Assembly (NCBI GenBank): GCA_002304995.1
Contig: DBPV01000022.1
Coordinates: 1,248 to 65,247, forward strand
DNA: 64,000 bases
Direction of reading: 5' to 3'
Origin: Syntrophaceae bacterium UBA1411
GTDB lineage: Bacteria; Desulfobacterota; Syntrophia; Syntrophales; Smithellaceae
A program made the translations under genes and the position numbers. Below are positions 26,673 to 36,879 of the stretch, piece by piece; position 1 is the first letter of the stretch; each line of letters opens with the position of its first letter. Under the pieces are notes generated by a model, which saw only the letters and a program-made list of their open reading frames with translations, had not been told where the DNA came from and searched no databases.

Positions 26673-29225
26673 ATGAGTTACCTGCAAACGTATCAGGTGT
26701 TTCCCTACATTCCGGAACCGCTCAAATTTCTGGAAACGCTCGTCAACAATCTGTGGTGGTGCTGGAACCTGGAAGCCATCGAACTGTTTCGGCGCATCAA
26801 TCCGCGGCTGTGGGACGAATCCGGCCGGAATCCGCTGGTGTTCTCCACGCTGATCGACCAGAAGAAGCTCGACGAGCTGGCGACGGACGGCAGTTTCCTC
26901 AGCCACATGGAGGAAGTCCGCGAACAGTTTGAAAGCCAGGTGCTTCCCCCTCTGGAAGCAGCGGCCAGTTCGCCGGACGCCAGGCGCAGGGTGATCGCCT
27001 ATTTTTCCATGGAATTCGGCATCCACGAAAGCCTCCCGCTGTCCGCGGGCGGACTGGGCATTCTGGCCGGCGATCATCTGAAGGCCGCGTCGGATCTGGG
27101 AGCGCCGCTGGCCGGTGTCGGACTGTTTTACCGCAACGGCTATTTCTACCAGTTTTTGAACCACGACGGCTGGCAGCAGGAGGAGTACCCGGAGACGGAT
27201 CTCAACAAGCTCCCCGTCGAGCGCGTCAAGGACGCGGCCGGAAACGACCTCGTCGTCGCGGTCGGCGGCCCGGACGGAACCATTTCTCTGATGATCTGGA
27301 AGATCATGGTGGGAAGAATTCCCCTGTACCTTCTGGACACCAACATCAAGGAAAATCCGCCGGCCGTCCGCGATATCAATTCGCGCCTGTACCACTCCGA
27401 GGGCAAAGTGCGCCTGGCCCAGGAAGTGATTCTCGGCATCGGCGGCATGCGGGCCCTTGAGGCCATGGGGCTCGACGCAACCGTCTGCCATCTCAACGAA
27501 GGGCACTGTTCCTTTTCCAATATCGAACGCCTGGCCCAGCTGCGCTCGCGCTTCGGCGTGGACCTGAAGACCGCCATGGAAATCAACGCGCGGACCACGA
27601 TCTTCACCACGCACACGCCCGTTAAAGCCGCGCACGACGAATTTCCGTTCGATCAGGTCAGACCCTACCTGGCCGGCTTTGAAAAGGAGCTCGGGCTTCC
27701 CGCCGACGAACTTCTCGCCTGGGGCCGGACGGATCCTGTGGACAAGGAGCAGATCTTTTCCATGTTCGTTCTGGGGCTTAAGCTCGCCCAGTACCGCAAT
27801 GGCGTGAGCCGGCTGCACGGCAAGGTGGCCAGGCGCATGTGGTCCTATGTCTGGCCGGACGTTCCAGAAGAGGAAATTCCCATCACCTCCATCACCAACG
27901 GCGTGCACATTCCCTCCTGGATTTCGATTGAAAACTCCCGCCTCTTCGACCGCTACCTCGGCCGGGACTGGTGGCTCAAAACCTGGAACACGGATCTCGC
28001 CCGGCGCATCGAAGACATCTACGATGAAGAACTGTGGCGGTCCCATGTCATGAGCAGAACGCGCCTGATCCGGCACTGCCGGACAAGAATGGTCAAGCAG
28101 TACGGCCGGCGCAACGCGCCGAAAAACGTCATGAAGGAAGCGGAATCCGTGCTGGACGACGACGTCCTCACCATCGCCTTCGCCCGGCGCTTTGCCGCCT
28201 ACAAACGCTCGCACCTGTTGCTGTGCGACATGGAGCGCTTCGAGGCCATTTTGAAAAACGAACAGTTCCCCGTCCAGTTCATTTTCGCCGGCAAGGCCCA
28301 TCCGATGGACGACGAAGGAAAAAGGCTTATTCAGCAGATCGTTCATCTGGCGCGCCACTCCGACTACCGCCACAAGATTCTCTTCATCGAAGACTATGAC
28401 ATCGATATCGCGAGGCACCTGATTCAGGGCGCCGACGTATGGCTCAACACGCCCCGCCGCCCCCTGGAGGCCTGCGGCACCTCGGGCATGAAAGCCGCCG
28501 CCAACGGCGGACTCAACCTGAGCATTCTCGACGGCTGGTGGTGCGAAGGCTACTCGCCCCAAACCGGCTGGGCCATCGGCACGGGCGAGGAGTTCGCCGA
28601 TCCTTTCTACCAGGACGCCGTGGAGAGCCACGCCCTGTACAACGTCCTGGAAAACGACGTCATCCCCTGTTTCTACGGCCGGGAAAACGGGGGGCTGCCC
28701 CTGCGCTGGCTGGCCATGATGAAAGCGTCCATGCAGATGGCGCTGGGGAGCTTCTGCGCGCAGAAAATGGTCTTCGCCTACCAGCAGACGTTTTATGCGC
28801 CTGCCATGGCGCAGTATGATGCGCTGACGCAAAACGGCGCGGCCGAAGCCGTCCGATTGAAAAACATTCACGACCGTCTGAAGAGGAAATGGTGCGCCGT
28901 CTCGATTGAGCCGCCCGTCGGAACCGGCGGCGCGCCGCTGCGGGTGGGGGAATCCCTGGCCGTGTCCACGATCGTCCATCTGGGCGAAATCGCTCCCGAC
29001 GAAGTGGACGTGGAAATTTTCTACGGCCGCATCAAAACGGTGGACAGCCTGGCCGACGCGCAGACCCAGCCCATGGTCATGAAGGAAACGGTGGGCAGCG
29101 GCGTTTACCGCTACGAATGTTCCCTCCCCTGCCGGGCGGCCGGCCGCTTCGGGTTCACGGCCCGGGTAACGCCCCGGGCGGATTCGTTCATCAAGTACAC
29201 GCCCGGATTGATCACCTGGGCCTGA
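26673..29225 (+). CDS. glgP: alpha-glucan (glycogen/maltodextrin) phosphorylase, GT35
   Basis: The 850-aa product has the N-terminal WWCWN motif and YFSMEFGIHESLPLSAGGLGILAGDHLKAASDLG. The PLP-lysine region is CGTSGMKAAANGG. Confidence 0.92.
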   Translation: MSYLQTYQVFPYIPEPLKFLETLVNNLWWCWNLEAIELFRRINPRLWDESGRNPLVFSTLIDQKKLDELATDGSFLSHMEEVREQFESQVLPPLEAAASSPDARRRVIAYFSMEFGIHESLPLSAGGLGILAGDHLKAASDLGAPLAGVGLFYRNGYFYQFLNHDGWQQEEYPETDLNKLPVERVKDAAGNDLVVAVGGPDGTISLMIWKIMVGRIPLYLLDTNIKENPPAVRDINSRLYHSEGKVRLAQEVILGIGGMRALEAMGLDATVCHLNEGHCSFSNIERLAQLRSRFGVDLKTAMEINARTTIFTTHTPVKAAHDEFPFDQVRPYLAGFEKELGLPADELLAWGRTDPVDKEQIFSMFVLGLKLAQYRNGVSRLHGKVARRMWSYVWPDVPEEEIPITSITNGVHIPSWISIENSRLFDRYLGRDWWLKTWNTDLARRIEDIYDEELWRSHVMSRTRLIRHCRTRMVKQYGRRNAPKNVMKEAESVLDDDVLTIAFARRFAAYKRSHLLLCDMERFEAILKNEQFPVQFIFAGKAHPMDDEGKRLIQQIVHLARHSDYRHKILFIEDYDIDIARHLIQGADVWLNTPRRPLEACGTSGMKAAANGGLNLSILDGWWCEGYSPQTGWAIGTGEEFADPFYQDAVESHALYNVLENDVIPCFYGRENGGLPLRWLAMMKASMQMALGSFCAQKMVFAYQQTFYAPAMAQYDALTQNGAAEAVRLKNIHDRLKRKWCAVSIEPPVGTGGAPLRVGESLAVSTIVHLGEIAPDEVDVEIFYGRIKTVDSLADAQTQPMVMKETVGSGVYRYECSLPCRAAGRFGFTARVTPRADSFIKYTPGLITWA

Positions 29226-29253
29226 TCCGGACAAACGGGGACAAGGACATAAA

Positions 29254-30774
29254 ATGAAATTCCCGCGCCGCAGAAAAAGACCCCGCGTGCTCATCGTTAC
29301 GCCGGAAGTCACTTATCTTCCGGAAGGCATGGGCCGGATGGCCATCAGCCTCAAGGCCAAAGCCGGCGGCCTGGCGGATGTTTCCGCGGCGCTGATTGCC
29401 GCTCTGTTCGAGCACGGCGGAGACGTCCACGTCGCCCTGCCCGATTACCGCAGCATCTTTTCGCATGAGGCGGGAAAGATCTTTTGCAGCGAGTACAAAA
29501 CCATCCACAAAAGAATGCCGCCGAACCGCATCCACCTGGCCGAGGACCGGGCTTTCTTTTACCGGAACGCCATCTACTCCAGCTACGGCTGGGAAAACAT
29601 CAAAGTCTCGCTGGCGTTCCAGCGGGAAGTGATCAACAACATCATTCCGTCCGTCAAACCGGATTTGATCCACTGCAACGACTGGATGACGGGGCTTTTG
29701 CCGGCCAAGGCCCGCGAACTGGGTATTCCCTGCCTCTTCACGATTCACAATATTTTCACCGTCAAGAAGACGCTCGCGGAAATTGAAGACCAGGGCATCG
29801 ACGCGGCTCTGTTCTGGAAACATCTCTATTTCCAGCGAGCCCCCGCCTGCTACGAGGAAACGCGCGCCGCCAATCCCGTCGATTTTCTGACGAGCGGCGT
29901 TTTTGCGGCGCACTTCATCAATACCGTGAGTCCCGCCTTTCTCATCGAAATCGTCGAAGGCAGGCATCCGTTTATCGAAGAGCCGCTGAGAAGGGAACTG
30001 GCCGGCAAGTGGCAGGCCGGCTGCGCGACCGGCATCTTAAACAGTCCCGACGCGTCCTTCAATCCTTCCACCGACGCCAGTCTTCCGCGCCGCTACGGCG
30101 CCTCCGATGCGGCGGCGGGCAAGGCCGCCAACAAACGGCATCTGCAAAAACGCCTGGGGCTTCTCGAGGAGGAGCGCGCGCCGCTGTTTTTCTGGCCCTC
30201 GCGTCTCGACCGCATCCAGAAAGGCAGCCCGCTCATGGCGCATATTCTTTACGACGTGGTGTCGCGCTACTGGCATCTGCCGCTCGAGATCGTCTTTGTG
30301 GCCAACGGCGAATTTCAGCCCTACCTCCGCCAGATCATCCGGCAGTTTCATCTGACAGCGCGGGTGGCCGTGTGCGATTTCGACGAGGACCTGGCCCGGC
30401 TGGCCTACGCCGCGTCGGACTTCATGCTCATGCCGTCCGCCTTCGAACCCTGCGGCCTGCCCCAGATGATCGCTCCCCTTTACGGCTCCGTGCCGGTCGT
30501 CCGGGACACAGGCGGCCTCCACGACACGATCCGCCCGTTAAACGCCGCGGCCGGAACGGGCAACGGCATTCTGTTTGAAACCTACGATCCGCAGGGACTT
30601 GCCTGGGCCATCGACCAGGCGGTTTCTTTTTACGCGCTTGCGCCTGCGGCAAGAGAAAAACACATCGCCCGCATCATGACCGAGGCCCTGGCGTCCTTCA
30701 ATCACACTGTGACGGCCGCCCGCTACATCGACCTTTACGAAAAGATGCTGAACCGTCCTTTCCTGCAACCGTAA
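29254..30774 (+). CDS. glgA: glycogen/starch synthase, GT5
   Basis: The 506-aa product has VLIVTPEV..KAGGLADV and a C-terminal MPSAFEPCGLPQMIA motif. Confidence 0.88.
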   Translation: MKFPRRRKRPRVLIVTPEVTYLPEGMGRMAISLKAKAGGLADVSAALIAALFEHGGDVHVALPDYRSIFSHEAGKIFCSEYKTIHKRMPPNRIHLAEDRAFFYRNAIYSSYGWENIKVSLAFQREVINNIIPSVKPDLIHCNDWMTGLLPAKARELGIPCLFTIHNIFTVKKTLAEIEDQGIDAALFWKHLYFQRAPACYEETRAANPVDFLTSGVFAAHFINTVSPAFLIEIVEGRHPFIEEPLRRELAGKWQAGCATGILNSPDASFNPSTDASLPRRYGASDAAAGKAANKRHLQKRLGLLEEERAPLFFWPSRLDRIQKGSPLMAHILYDVVSRYWHLPLEIVFVANGEFQPYLRQIIRQFHLTARVAVCDFDEDLARLAYAASDFMLMPSAFEPCGLPQMIAPLYGSVPVVRDTGGLHDTIRPLNAAAGTGNGILFETYDPQGLAWAIDQAVSFYALAPAAREKHIARIMTEALASFNHTVTAARYIDLYEKMLNRPFLQP

Positions 30775-30805
30775 TCGCCCAAACCATTCCGGAGGCCAAA
30801 ACCGT

Positions 30806-32869
30806 ATGGCGAAAATCCCTCACGCCCAAACGCGCCGATCCCGCGCCCGGCCTGCCCCAACTGAAGGGCCGGGCCCCGCAGCGCAGCTCGCCGGCCTGCT
30901 CGCCTCAGATCCCTACCTGCGGCCTTACGCGGACCGGCTGAAAAATCTTTTTTCGCGCATTGCCGCGCGGGAAAAAATCCTCCGGCGTGAACGGACGGCT
31001 CTGACCCTGGCGCACGACTTTTTCGGCCTGCATAAAAAAGGAAACGAATGGATTTTCCGGGAATGGGCCCCCCATGCCGCTGCCGTCTACCTGATCGGCG
31101 ACCGGACAAACTGGAAGCCGCACAGCGCCTGGGCGCTTGCGCCCACGGCAGACGGCGTCTGGGAAATCCGCCTGCCGGCCGAGTCCCTCGCGCACGGCGA
31201 CCTTTACCGCCTCTTTCTCGAATGGCCCGGCGGAAGCGGCGACCGCATTCCCGCTTACGCCCGGCGCATCGTTCAGGATCCGGTAAGCCGTATTTTCAAC
31301 GCTCAGGTCTGGACGCCCTCGGCCTATGTCTGGCGATACGCTGCCCCGCCGCCGCCCGCGCCTCTCCTGATTTACGAAGCTCACATCGGCATGGCCCAGG
31401 AGGAAGGACGGATCGGGACCTATCGGGAATTCGCCGAGCGCATTTTGCCGCGCATCGTCCGGTCCGGCTACAATGCGCTGCAACTGATGGGCATTCAGGA
31501 ACATCCGTACTACGCCTCCTTCGGCTACCACGTGTCCAGCTTTTTTGCCGCCTCGTCGCGCTTCGGCACGCCGGAAGAACTGAAAGAACTGATCGACGCG
31601 GCCCACGGCGCGCGGCTCTTCGTCATCATGGACCTCATCCATTCGCACGCCGTCGGCAACGACGTGGAAGGCCTCAGCCGCTTTGACGGAACCTCCGATT
31701 TGTATTTCCACGCCGGCCGCCGCGGCTTTCATGAGGCCTGGGGATCGCGGTGCTTCGACTACGGCAAAGCGGGAGTTTTGCGGTTTCTGCTGTCGAACTG
31801 CCGCTTCTGGCTTTCCGAATACCACATTGACGGCTTCCGCTTTGACGGCATCACCTCCATGCTTTACCGCGACCACGGCCTGGGCAAAACCTTCACGTCC
31901 TACGACGACTACTTCAATGCCAACGTCGATGAAGACGCGCTGGTTTACCTGGCGCTCGCCAACCGTGTTGTCCACAGTGTGCGGCCGCGCGCCCTTACGC
32001 TCGCCGAAGACGTGAGCGGCATGCCGGCGCTGGCCCTGCCGGCGGCAAAAGGCGGCATCGGCTTCGACTGCCGCCTGGCGATGGGCATTGCGGACTTCTG
32101 GATTCGGCTCATGAGCGACTTTCGCGATGAAGACTGGCCGATGGGACGCCTGTGGTACGAGCTTACCAACCGGCGCAGCGACGAAAAAACCGTGAGCTAC
32201 GCCGAATCTCACGATCAGGCGCTGGTCGGCGACAAGACGCTGATCTTCCGGATGGCCGACGCGGCGATGTACGGCCACATGAGCCTCTGCGATCCGGACC
32301 CGATCACCGGCCGGGCCGTGGCTCTGCATAAAATGATCCGGTTGATCACTCTGGCCACCGCCGGCCACGGCTACCAGAATTTCATGGGCAACGAATTCGG
32401 ACATCCCGAGTGGATCGATTTTCCGCGGGAGGGAAACGGCTGGTCTTATGCCTACGCCAGGCGCCAGTGGCATCTGGCGGATGACCCGGATTTGAAATAC
32501 GCCCTCCTCGGCCGCTTCGACCGGGACATGATCGCGCTGGCGCGACGCAGCAACTTTCTTGCCGATCCCCGACCCCGGCTCCTGCACGAGCGCGATGACC
32601 ACAAGGTGCTTGTTTTTCAGCGGGGCCGGCTGATCTTCAGCTTCAACTTTCACCCGACCGCGTCTTATCCGGACTACGCCGTCGCAACGCCGCCCGGCGC
32701 CTGGCGGATGATCCTCGACTCGGATGACGCGGCCTACGGCGGCCACGCGCGTCTTTTCGCCGGCCAGGTCCATTGCACGCTGCCCGTGCTCGCGGGCCAG
32801 ACCGTGCGCCATGAATTGAGGCTTTACCTTCCCACGCGCACCGCGCTGGTTCTGGAGCTGCAAAGTTAA
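30806..32869 (+). CDS. glgB: 1,4-alpha-glucan branching enzyme, eukaryote-type (GH13_8-like)
   Basis: The 687-aa product has conserved regions DLIHSHAV, HIDGFRFDGITSMLY, LAEDVSGMPAL and SYAESHDQALVGDKTLIFRMADAAMY. These match the motifs I recall for eukaryotic GBE1-type enzymes rather than E. coli GlgB-type. Confidence 0.88.
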   Translation: MAKIPHAQTRRSRARPAPTEGPGPAAQLAGLLASDPYLRPYADRLKNLFSRIAAREKILRRERTALTLAHDFFGLHKKGNEWIFREWAPHAAAVYLIGDRTNWKPHSAWALAPTADGVWEIRLPAESLAHGDLYRLFLEWPGGSGDRIPAYARRIVQDPVSRIFNAQVWTPSAYVWRYAAPPPPAPLLIYEAHIGMAQEEGRIGTYREFAERILPRIVRSGYNALQLMGIQEHPYYASFGYHVSSFFAASSRFGTPEELKELIDAAHGARLFVIMDLIHSHAVGNDVEGLSRFDGTSDLYFHAGRRGFHEAWGSRCFDYGKAGVLRFLLSNCRFWLSEYHIDGFRFDGITSMLYRDHGLGKTFTSYDDYFNANVDEDALVYLALANRVVHSVRPRALTLAEDVSGMPALALPAAKGGIGFDCRLAMGIADFWIRLMSDFRDEDWPMGRLWYELTNRRSDEKTVSYAESHDQALVGDKTLIFRMADAAMYGHMSLCDPDPITGRAVALHKMIRLITLATAGHGYQNFMGNEFGHPEWIDFPREGNGWSYAYARRQWHLADDPDLKYALLGRFDRDMIALARRSNFLADPRPRLLHERDDHKVLVFQRGRLIFSFNFHPTASYPDYAVATPPGAWRMILDSDDAAYGGHARLFAGQVHCTLPVLAGQTVRHELRLYLPTRTALVLELQS

Positions 32870-32883
32870 CGAAAAACAGCGGA

Positions 32884-33621
32884 TCAGCTGCGGGCCGGAT
32901 ATTCCGGATGGAAGTTGGCCAGCACCGCCTGCCGTGTCCGGTCAATCAGGTCCGGAACGTCGGCGTGGGTGCAGGCGCTGGTTTCGATGGGGTCGCCGAT
33001 CACAACCTGGATTGTCCCCGGCCGAAGCGCGAGGCTGCCCTTGGGCAGAACGCGGCGGCTGCCGTTCAAGGTCACGGGCAAGACGGGGATTTTGCGCTCG
33101 ACGGCCGGAATGAAGCCGCCTTTTTTAAACGGGTGAATTTGTCCGTCGGCCGACCGGGTTCCTTCGGGAAACACCAGAATGCTCACGCCGGCGGGCAGGC
33201 GGTCGATGCCCCGGTTGATGCTTTCAATGGCCCGGGCGGTGTTGGAACGGTCGATGAAAATGTTGCGCGAGGCGTAAAGCCCGTATCCGAAAAGAGGAAC
33301 CTTGAGCACCTCCTTTTTGATGAACCAGCGGTACTGAATGCCCAGCGTGGTGACCAGCGCCAGAATGTCGTACAGAGACTGGTGGTTGGACATGATGATG
33401 TACGATGTTCCGGGCGCGATCTTTTCCCGGTTCACGATTTCCGTGCGGACAAAGGAGACGGCCAGCATGATGTACGCCCAGATTTTGGTGAGAGAAAAGG
33501 CCAGGTTTCCGGTGCGGCCCAAAAGTCCGGCGGCAATGATGGGAATAGCCAGGACCAAGGTTGCAACAGCCGCCCAGAATGCCAGCCAGACCAGACACAC
33601 GGCCGCCCGCAATGATCTCAT
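32884..33621 (-). CDS. plsC: 1-acyl-sn-glycerol-3-phosphate acyltransferase
   Basis: I place the start at the ATG at 33621, after GGAGGG, inside track ORF 32884..33777. The product has an N-terminal TM helix, the HX4D motif (SNHQSLYDIL) and FPEGTRS. Confidence 0.85.
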   Translation of the reverse strand: MRSLRAAVCLVWLAFWAAVATLVLAIPIIAAGLLGRTGNLAFSLTKIWAYIMLAVSFVRTEIVNREKIAPGTSYIIMSNHQSLYDILALVTTLGIQYRWFIKKEVLKVPLFGYGLYASRNIFIDRSNTARAIESINRGIDRLPAGVSILVFPEGTRSADGQIHPFKKGGFIPAVERKIPVLPVTLNGSRRVLPKGSLALRPGTIQVVIGDPIETSACTHADVPDLIDRTRQAVLANFHPEYPARS

Positions 33622-33834
33622 CTTCCAACGCCCTCCTGAAGTTTTTTCCGACCGGCCGCGCGCTCGAGCTCCAAAGCGCGCGTCCGGAAAAGAATTTCCA
33701 TCAGATGTCTGCCGGCAGGTTCCCCCTGGCTCCCTGCTGTGTGTCGTCAAACGCAGGATGCGCGCGGAAAAATCCATTCTCGCACAGACGGAACACCTCT
33801 TTGCAAAAACTGAATTTTTCGCACAGAAATTTTG

Positions 33835-33863
33835 TTGACATATAAAATCAATCGCATTATAGT
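33835..33863 (+). promoter_or_regulatory. near-consensus sigma-70 promoter for tRNA-Gln
   Basis: The promoter reads TTGACA (33835-33840), 17 nt, TATAGT (33858-33863). It lies 45 nt upstream of the tRNA 5' end. Confidence 0.6.
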
Positions 33864-33907
33864 TCCCCCCGCTTCCGGGCCAGGACAGGCCCGGCGGGCG
33901 GTCCTGC

Positions 33908-33981
33908 TGGGGAATCGTTCAATGGTAGGACACCGGACTCTGACTCCGTCAATCAAGGTTCGAATCCTTGTTCCCCAGCCA
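33908..33981 (+). tRNA. tRNA-Gln (anticodon CTG)
   Basis: I folded this 74-nt cloverleaf by hand. The acceptor is TGGGGAA/TTCCCCA, the D-arm GTTC/GGAC, the anticodon loop CTCTGAC and the T-arm CAAGG-TTCGAAT-CCTTG. Discriminator G and an encoded CCA are present. It closely resembles E. coli tRNA-Gln. Confidence 0.9.
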
Positions 33982-33985
33982 TTTT

Positions 33986-35671
33986 TTATCCCTTCCCGGC
34001 AATTTTCGTCCAGCTGTCCCGCAGCGGCACCACCCGGTTGAACACCGGGCGCCCGGGCTGCGACTCCTTTTCGTCGGCGCAAAAATAGCCCACCCGTTCA
34101 AACTGGTAAGCGCTTCCCGGTTCGGCATTTTGCAGGCCGGGCTCCGCATAGCAGACCGGCAGGATTTCGAGGGACTGCGGATTCAGGTATTGGAGAAAAT
34201 CCTCTTCGCTGCCCGGATCTTCAATGGTGAACAGGCGGTCGTAGAGGCGCACTTCGGCGGACACGGCATGCGCCGCCGAGACCCAGTGAATCACGCCCTG
34301 CACCTTGCGGCCGTCCGCAGGCGGGGCGTTGCGGGTCGCCGGATCGTAGGAACAGTGGAGTTCCGTCACCTCGCCCGTCTTTTCATCCTTTACCAGGCTT
34401 GCAAATTTGATGACGTAGGCATTGCGCAGCCGGACTTCCCGCCCGGGCCCCAGGCGGTTGTATTTCCTGGGCGGCTCCTCCATGAAGTCCTCGCGCTCGA
34501 TATACAGCACGCGGGAGAAGGGGACCTTCCGCGTTCCCATTTCGGGGCGCTGGGGATGGTTGGCGCAGTCGAATTCTTCCGTCTGACCTTCCGGATAATT
34601 GTCGATCACGACTTTGAGCGGCCGGAGGACGCACATCGCCCGGGGCGCCCGCTCGTTGAGGTCGTCGCGAACGCAGTGTTCGAGCAGGGCCATGTCGACG
34701 AGGTTGTCGTTTTTGGCGACGCCGATTTCGGCGCAGAAGCTCCGGATCGCCTCCGGCGAAAAGCCCCGGCGCCGCATGCCGGAGACGGTGGGCATGCGCG
34801 GATCGTCCCAGCCCCGGACATGACCTTCCTGCACCAGCTGGATGAGCCTGCGCTTGCTCAGCACCGTGTAGCTGACGCTCAGGCGGGCGAATTCAATCTG
34901 CTTGGGGCGGTTGGCGGCAATGAGCCGCTCCACGATCCAATCGTAGAGCGGGCGGTTGTTTTCAAACTCCAGCGTGCAGATGGAGTGGGTGATGCCTTCC
35001 AGTGCGTCCGAGAGGCAGTGGGCGAAATCGTACATCGGGTAAATGATCCACTGCGCTCCCGTGCGGTAGTGGGGTTCGCGCTTGATGCGGTAGAGGATGG
35101 GATCGCGCATGACAATGTTGGGCGCGGCCATGTCGATTTTGGCGCGCAGGACGTGCGCGCCGTCGGCAAACTCGCCGGCGCGCATCCGTTCGAACAGGTC
35201 GAGGTTCTCCTCCACCGACCGGCTGCGATAGGGGCTTTCCCGGCCCGGCTCGGTAAACGAGCCGCGGTGCTCGCGGATTTCATCGGGGCTCAGGCTGCAA
35301 ACGTAGGCGTCCCCCTTTTTGATGAGCTCCACGGCGAAGGCGAAAAGTTTTTCGAAATAGTCGGATGCATAAAAAAGACGGTCCTCCCAGTCGAAGCCGA
35401 GCCAGCGCACGTCGCGGATGATGGACTCCACGAACTCCATGGACTCGCCCGCCGGATCCGTATCGTCGAGGCGGAGATTGCAGGTTCCCCCGTACTGGCG
35501 CGCCAGACCGAAGTTGAGGCATACGGACTTGGCGTGTCCGATATGGATATAGCCGTTGGGCTCCGGCGGAAAACGGGTGGCCACGCGTCCTGCATGCCTG
35601 ACGGTGCGCAGATCTTCGTCAATGATGTCGCGGATAAAATCGGTTGCGGCGGGGGGGGTGGGGTCGGTCAT
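33986..35671 (-). CDS. glnS: glutamine--tRNA ligase
   Basis: The 561-aa product has [14 protein letters not shown] (HIGH motif) and TVLSKRRL (KMSKS-type motif). Confidence 0.93.
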   Translation of the reverse strand: MTDPTPPAATDFIRDIIDEDLRTVRHAGRVATRFPPEPNGYIHIGHAKSVCLNFGLARQYGGTCNLRLDDTDPAGESMEFVESIIRDVRWLGFDWEDRLFYASDYFEKLFAFAVELIKKGDAYVCSLSPDEIREHRGSFTEPGRESPYRSRSVEENLDLFERMRAGEFADGAHVLRAKIDMAAPNIVMRDPILYRIKREPHYRTGAQWIIYPMYDFAHCLSDALEGITHSICTLEFENNRPLYDWIVERLIAANRPKQIEFARLSVSYTVLSKRRLIQLVQEGHVRGWDDPRMPTVSGMRRRGFSPEAIRSFCAEIGVAKNDNLVDMALLEHCVRDDLNERAPRAMCVLRPLKVVIDNYPEGQTEEFDCANHPQRPEMGTRKVPFSRVLYIEREDFMEEPPRKYNRLGPGREVRLRNAYVIKFASLVKDEKTGEVTELHCSYDPATRNAPPADGRKVQGVIHWVSAAHAVSAEVRLYDRLFTIEDPGSEEDFLQYLNPQSLEILPVCYAEPGLQNAEPGSAYQFERVGYFCADEKESQPGRPVFNRVVPLRDSWTKIAGKG

Positions 35672-35769
35672 AATACAAAAAACTCCTTTAGCTTCATATT
35701 CTTCAAGGAAGGCCCTTCCGCAAAGAGAAAGGCCTTGCCTGTGGGGTCGTCTGCGCGCTATCCGGTTCG

Positions 35770-36753
35770 TCAGCAGCCGATGGCTTTTTTCAGATGATCC
35801 ATATTGAGATTGCCGCCGGACATGATCATGACCACTTTCTTGCCTGCCAGCCGGTCTCTGATTTTCCAGGCGGCTATCAGCGAAACGGCGCCGGCGGCTT
35901 CCGCCAGGTTGTGCGTCGCAGTGAGCGCCATGCGCACGCCTTCGAGAATTTCGTCTTCAGAAAGCAGCACGACGTCGTTGATCGTGTCCCGGAGAATCAC
36001 GTACGGCAGATGAAAAACGGTCCGGGCGGCCAGCCCGTCGGCGATCGTGTGCGCTTCGTCGAGCGTGACGATTTCCTTTCTCTGCCACGACGTGTAGAAA
36101 GACGGCGCGTTGGCCGGCTCCACGCCGATGATTTCAATCGAGGGTTTGATTGCGCGCGCGGTTTTCAAAAGCGAGGCGCAGCCGGCGCCGCCGCCGATGG
36201 GGCAGATGATCGTATCGGCGTCCGGCAGGTCCTCCAGAATTTCCAGTCCCATGGTGGCGATGCCGTTGAGGATTTCCGGCTCGTTGCCCTGCTGGACATA
36301 ATAATAGCCCGCGCTGTCCACCAGCTCGTCGCAGTAGGATTGGGCGTCGTAAAAATCCTCTCCGTGGACGATCAGCTCCGCGCCGTAGCTCTCGATGATG
36401 CGGTTGATTTCCGGATTGTTGTTTTCGGGAACGACCACCGTGCAGGGCACGTGAAACCACTGCCCCGCCCAGGCCATCGCCAGGCCGTGGTTGCCGCGGG
36501 TCGCCACGAGAATGCCGGTTTCCAGCTCTTCCCTGGACATGTGATGGAAAAAATTCAGCGCGCCCCGGATTTTGAACGATCCGGTCGGGTTATGGTTTTC
36601 ATGCTTGACGAACGCCTCGCAGCCGATGAGACGGGAAAGTTCGGAATAGCAGATCAGGTTGGTCCTGTTCAGATACTTGTTGATCAGCGCCCGGGCCATG
36701 AGCGTCCGGGTCAGATTGACCTGCTCGCTGGCCGCTTCATATTTTTTCAGCAT
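35770..36753 (-). CDS. PLP-dependent threonine/serine dehydratase family enzyme
   Basis: The 327-aa product has the PLP-lysine motif TGSFKIRGA and the GGGAG glycine loop. Confidence 0.82.
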   Translation of the reverse strand: MLKKYEAASEQVNLTRTLMARALINKYLNRTNLICYSELSRLIGCEAFVKHENHNPTGSFKIRGALNFFHHMSREELETGILVATRGNHGLAMAWAGQWFHVPCTVVVPENNNPEINRIIESYGAELIVHGEDFYDAQSYCDELVDSAGYYYVQQGNEPEILNGIATMGLEILEDLPDADTIICPIGGGAGCASLLKTARAIKPSIEIIGVEPANAPSFYTSWQRKEIVTLDEAHTIADGLAARTVFHLPYVILRDTINDVVLLSEDEILEGVRMALTATHNLAEAAGAVSLIAAWKIRDRLAGKKVVMIMSGGNLNMDHLKKAIGC

Positions 36754-36879
36754 AAAAAACCTCCCGTCGCGGATTGAACCCGTTTCTTTTTACCACCTTT
36801 TCGCCGCCTGTCAAGACAGCAGGCGCAACGTTTGCCGGTTTGACGCGGATGGCGGGTAAAGCCAGGGCGGCCGGCGCCG

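Noticed and set aside
26568-29312. A 914-aa minus-strand ORF.
   Set aside because: It lies antisense to glgP, which has the GT35 PLP-lysine and N-terminal motifs. Its composition is R/G/P-rich. It is a shadow ORF.
30905-32863. A 652-aa minus-strand ORF.
   Set aside because: It lies antisense to the branching enzyme, whose four GH13 regions are intact on the + strand. It is a shadow ORF.
32870-32883. The switch from predominantly + strand genes to predominantly - strand genes at about 32.9 kb, as a possible replication terminus or dif site.
   Set aside because: The convergent gap is only 14 bp and contains no dif-like sequence. Exceptions to strand bias occur on both sides. I cannot compute cumulative GC skew reliably by hand.
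33968-35797. A 609-aa + strand ORF that also overlaps the tRNA-Gln 3' end.
   Set aside because: It lies antisense to glnS, which has the HIGH and KMSKS motifs on the minus strand. It is a shadow ORF.
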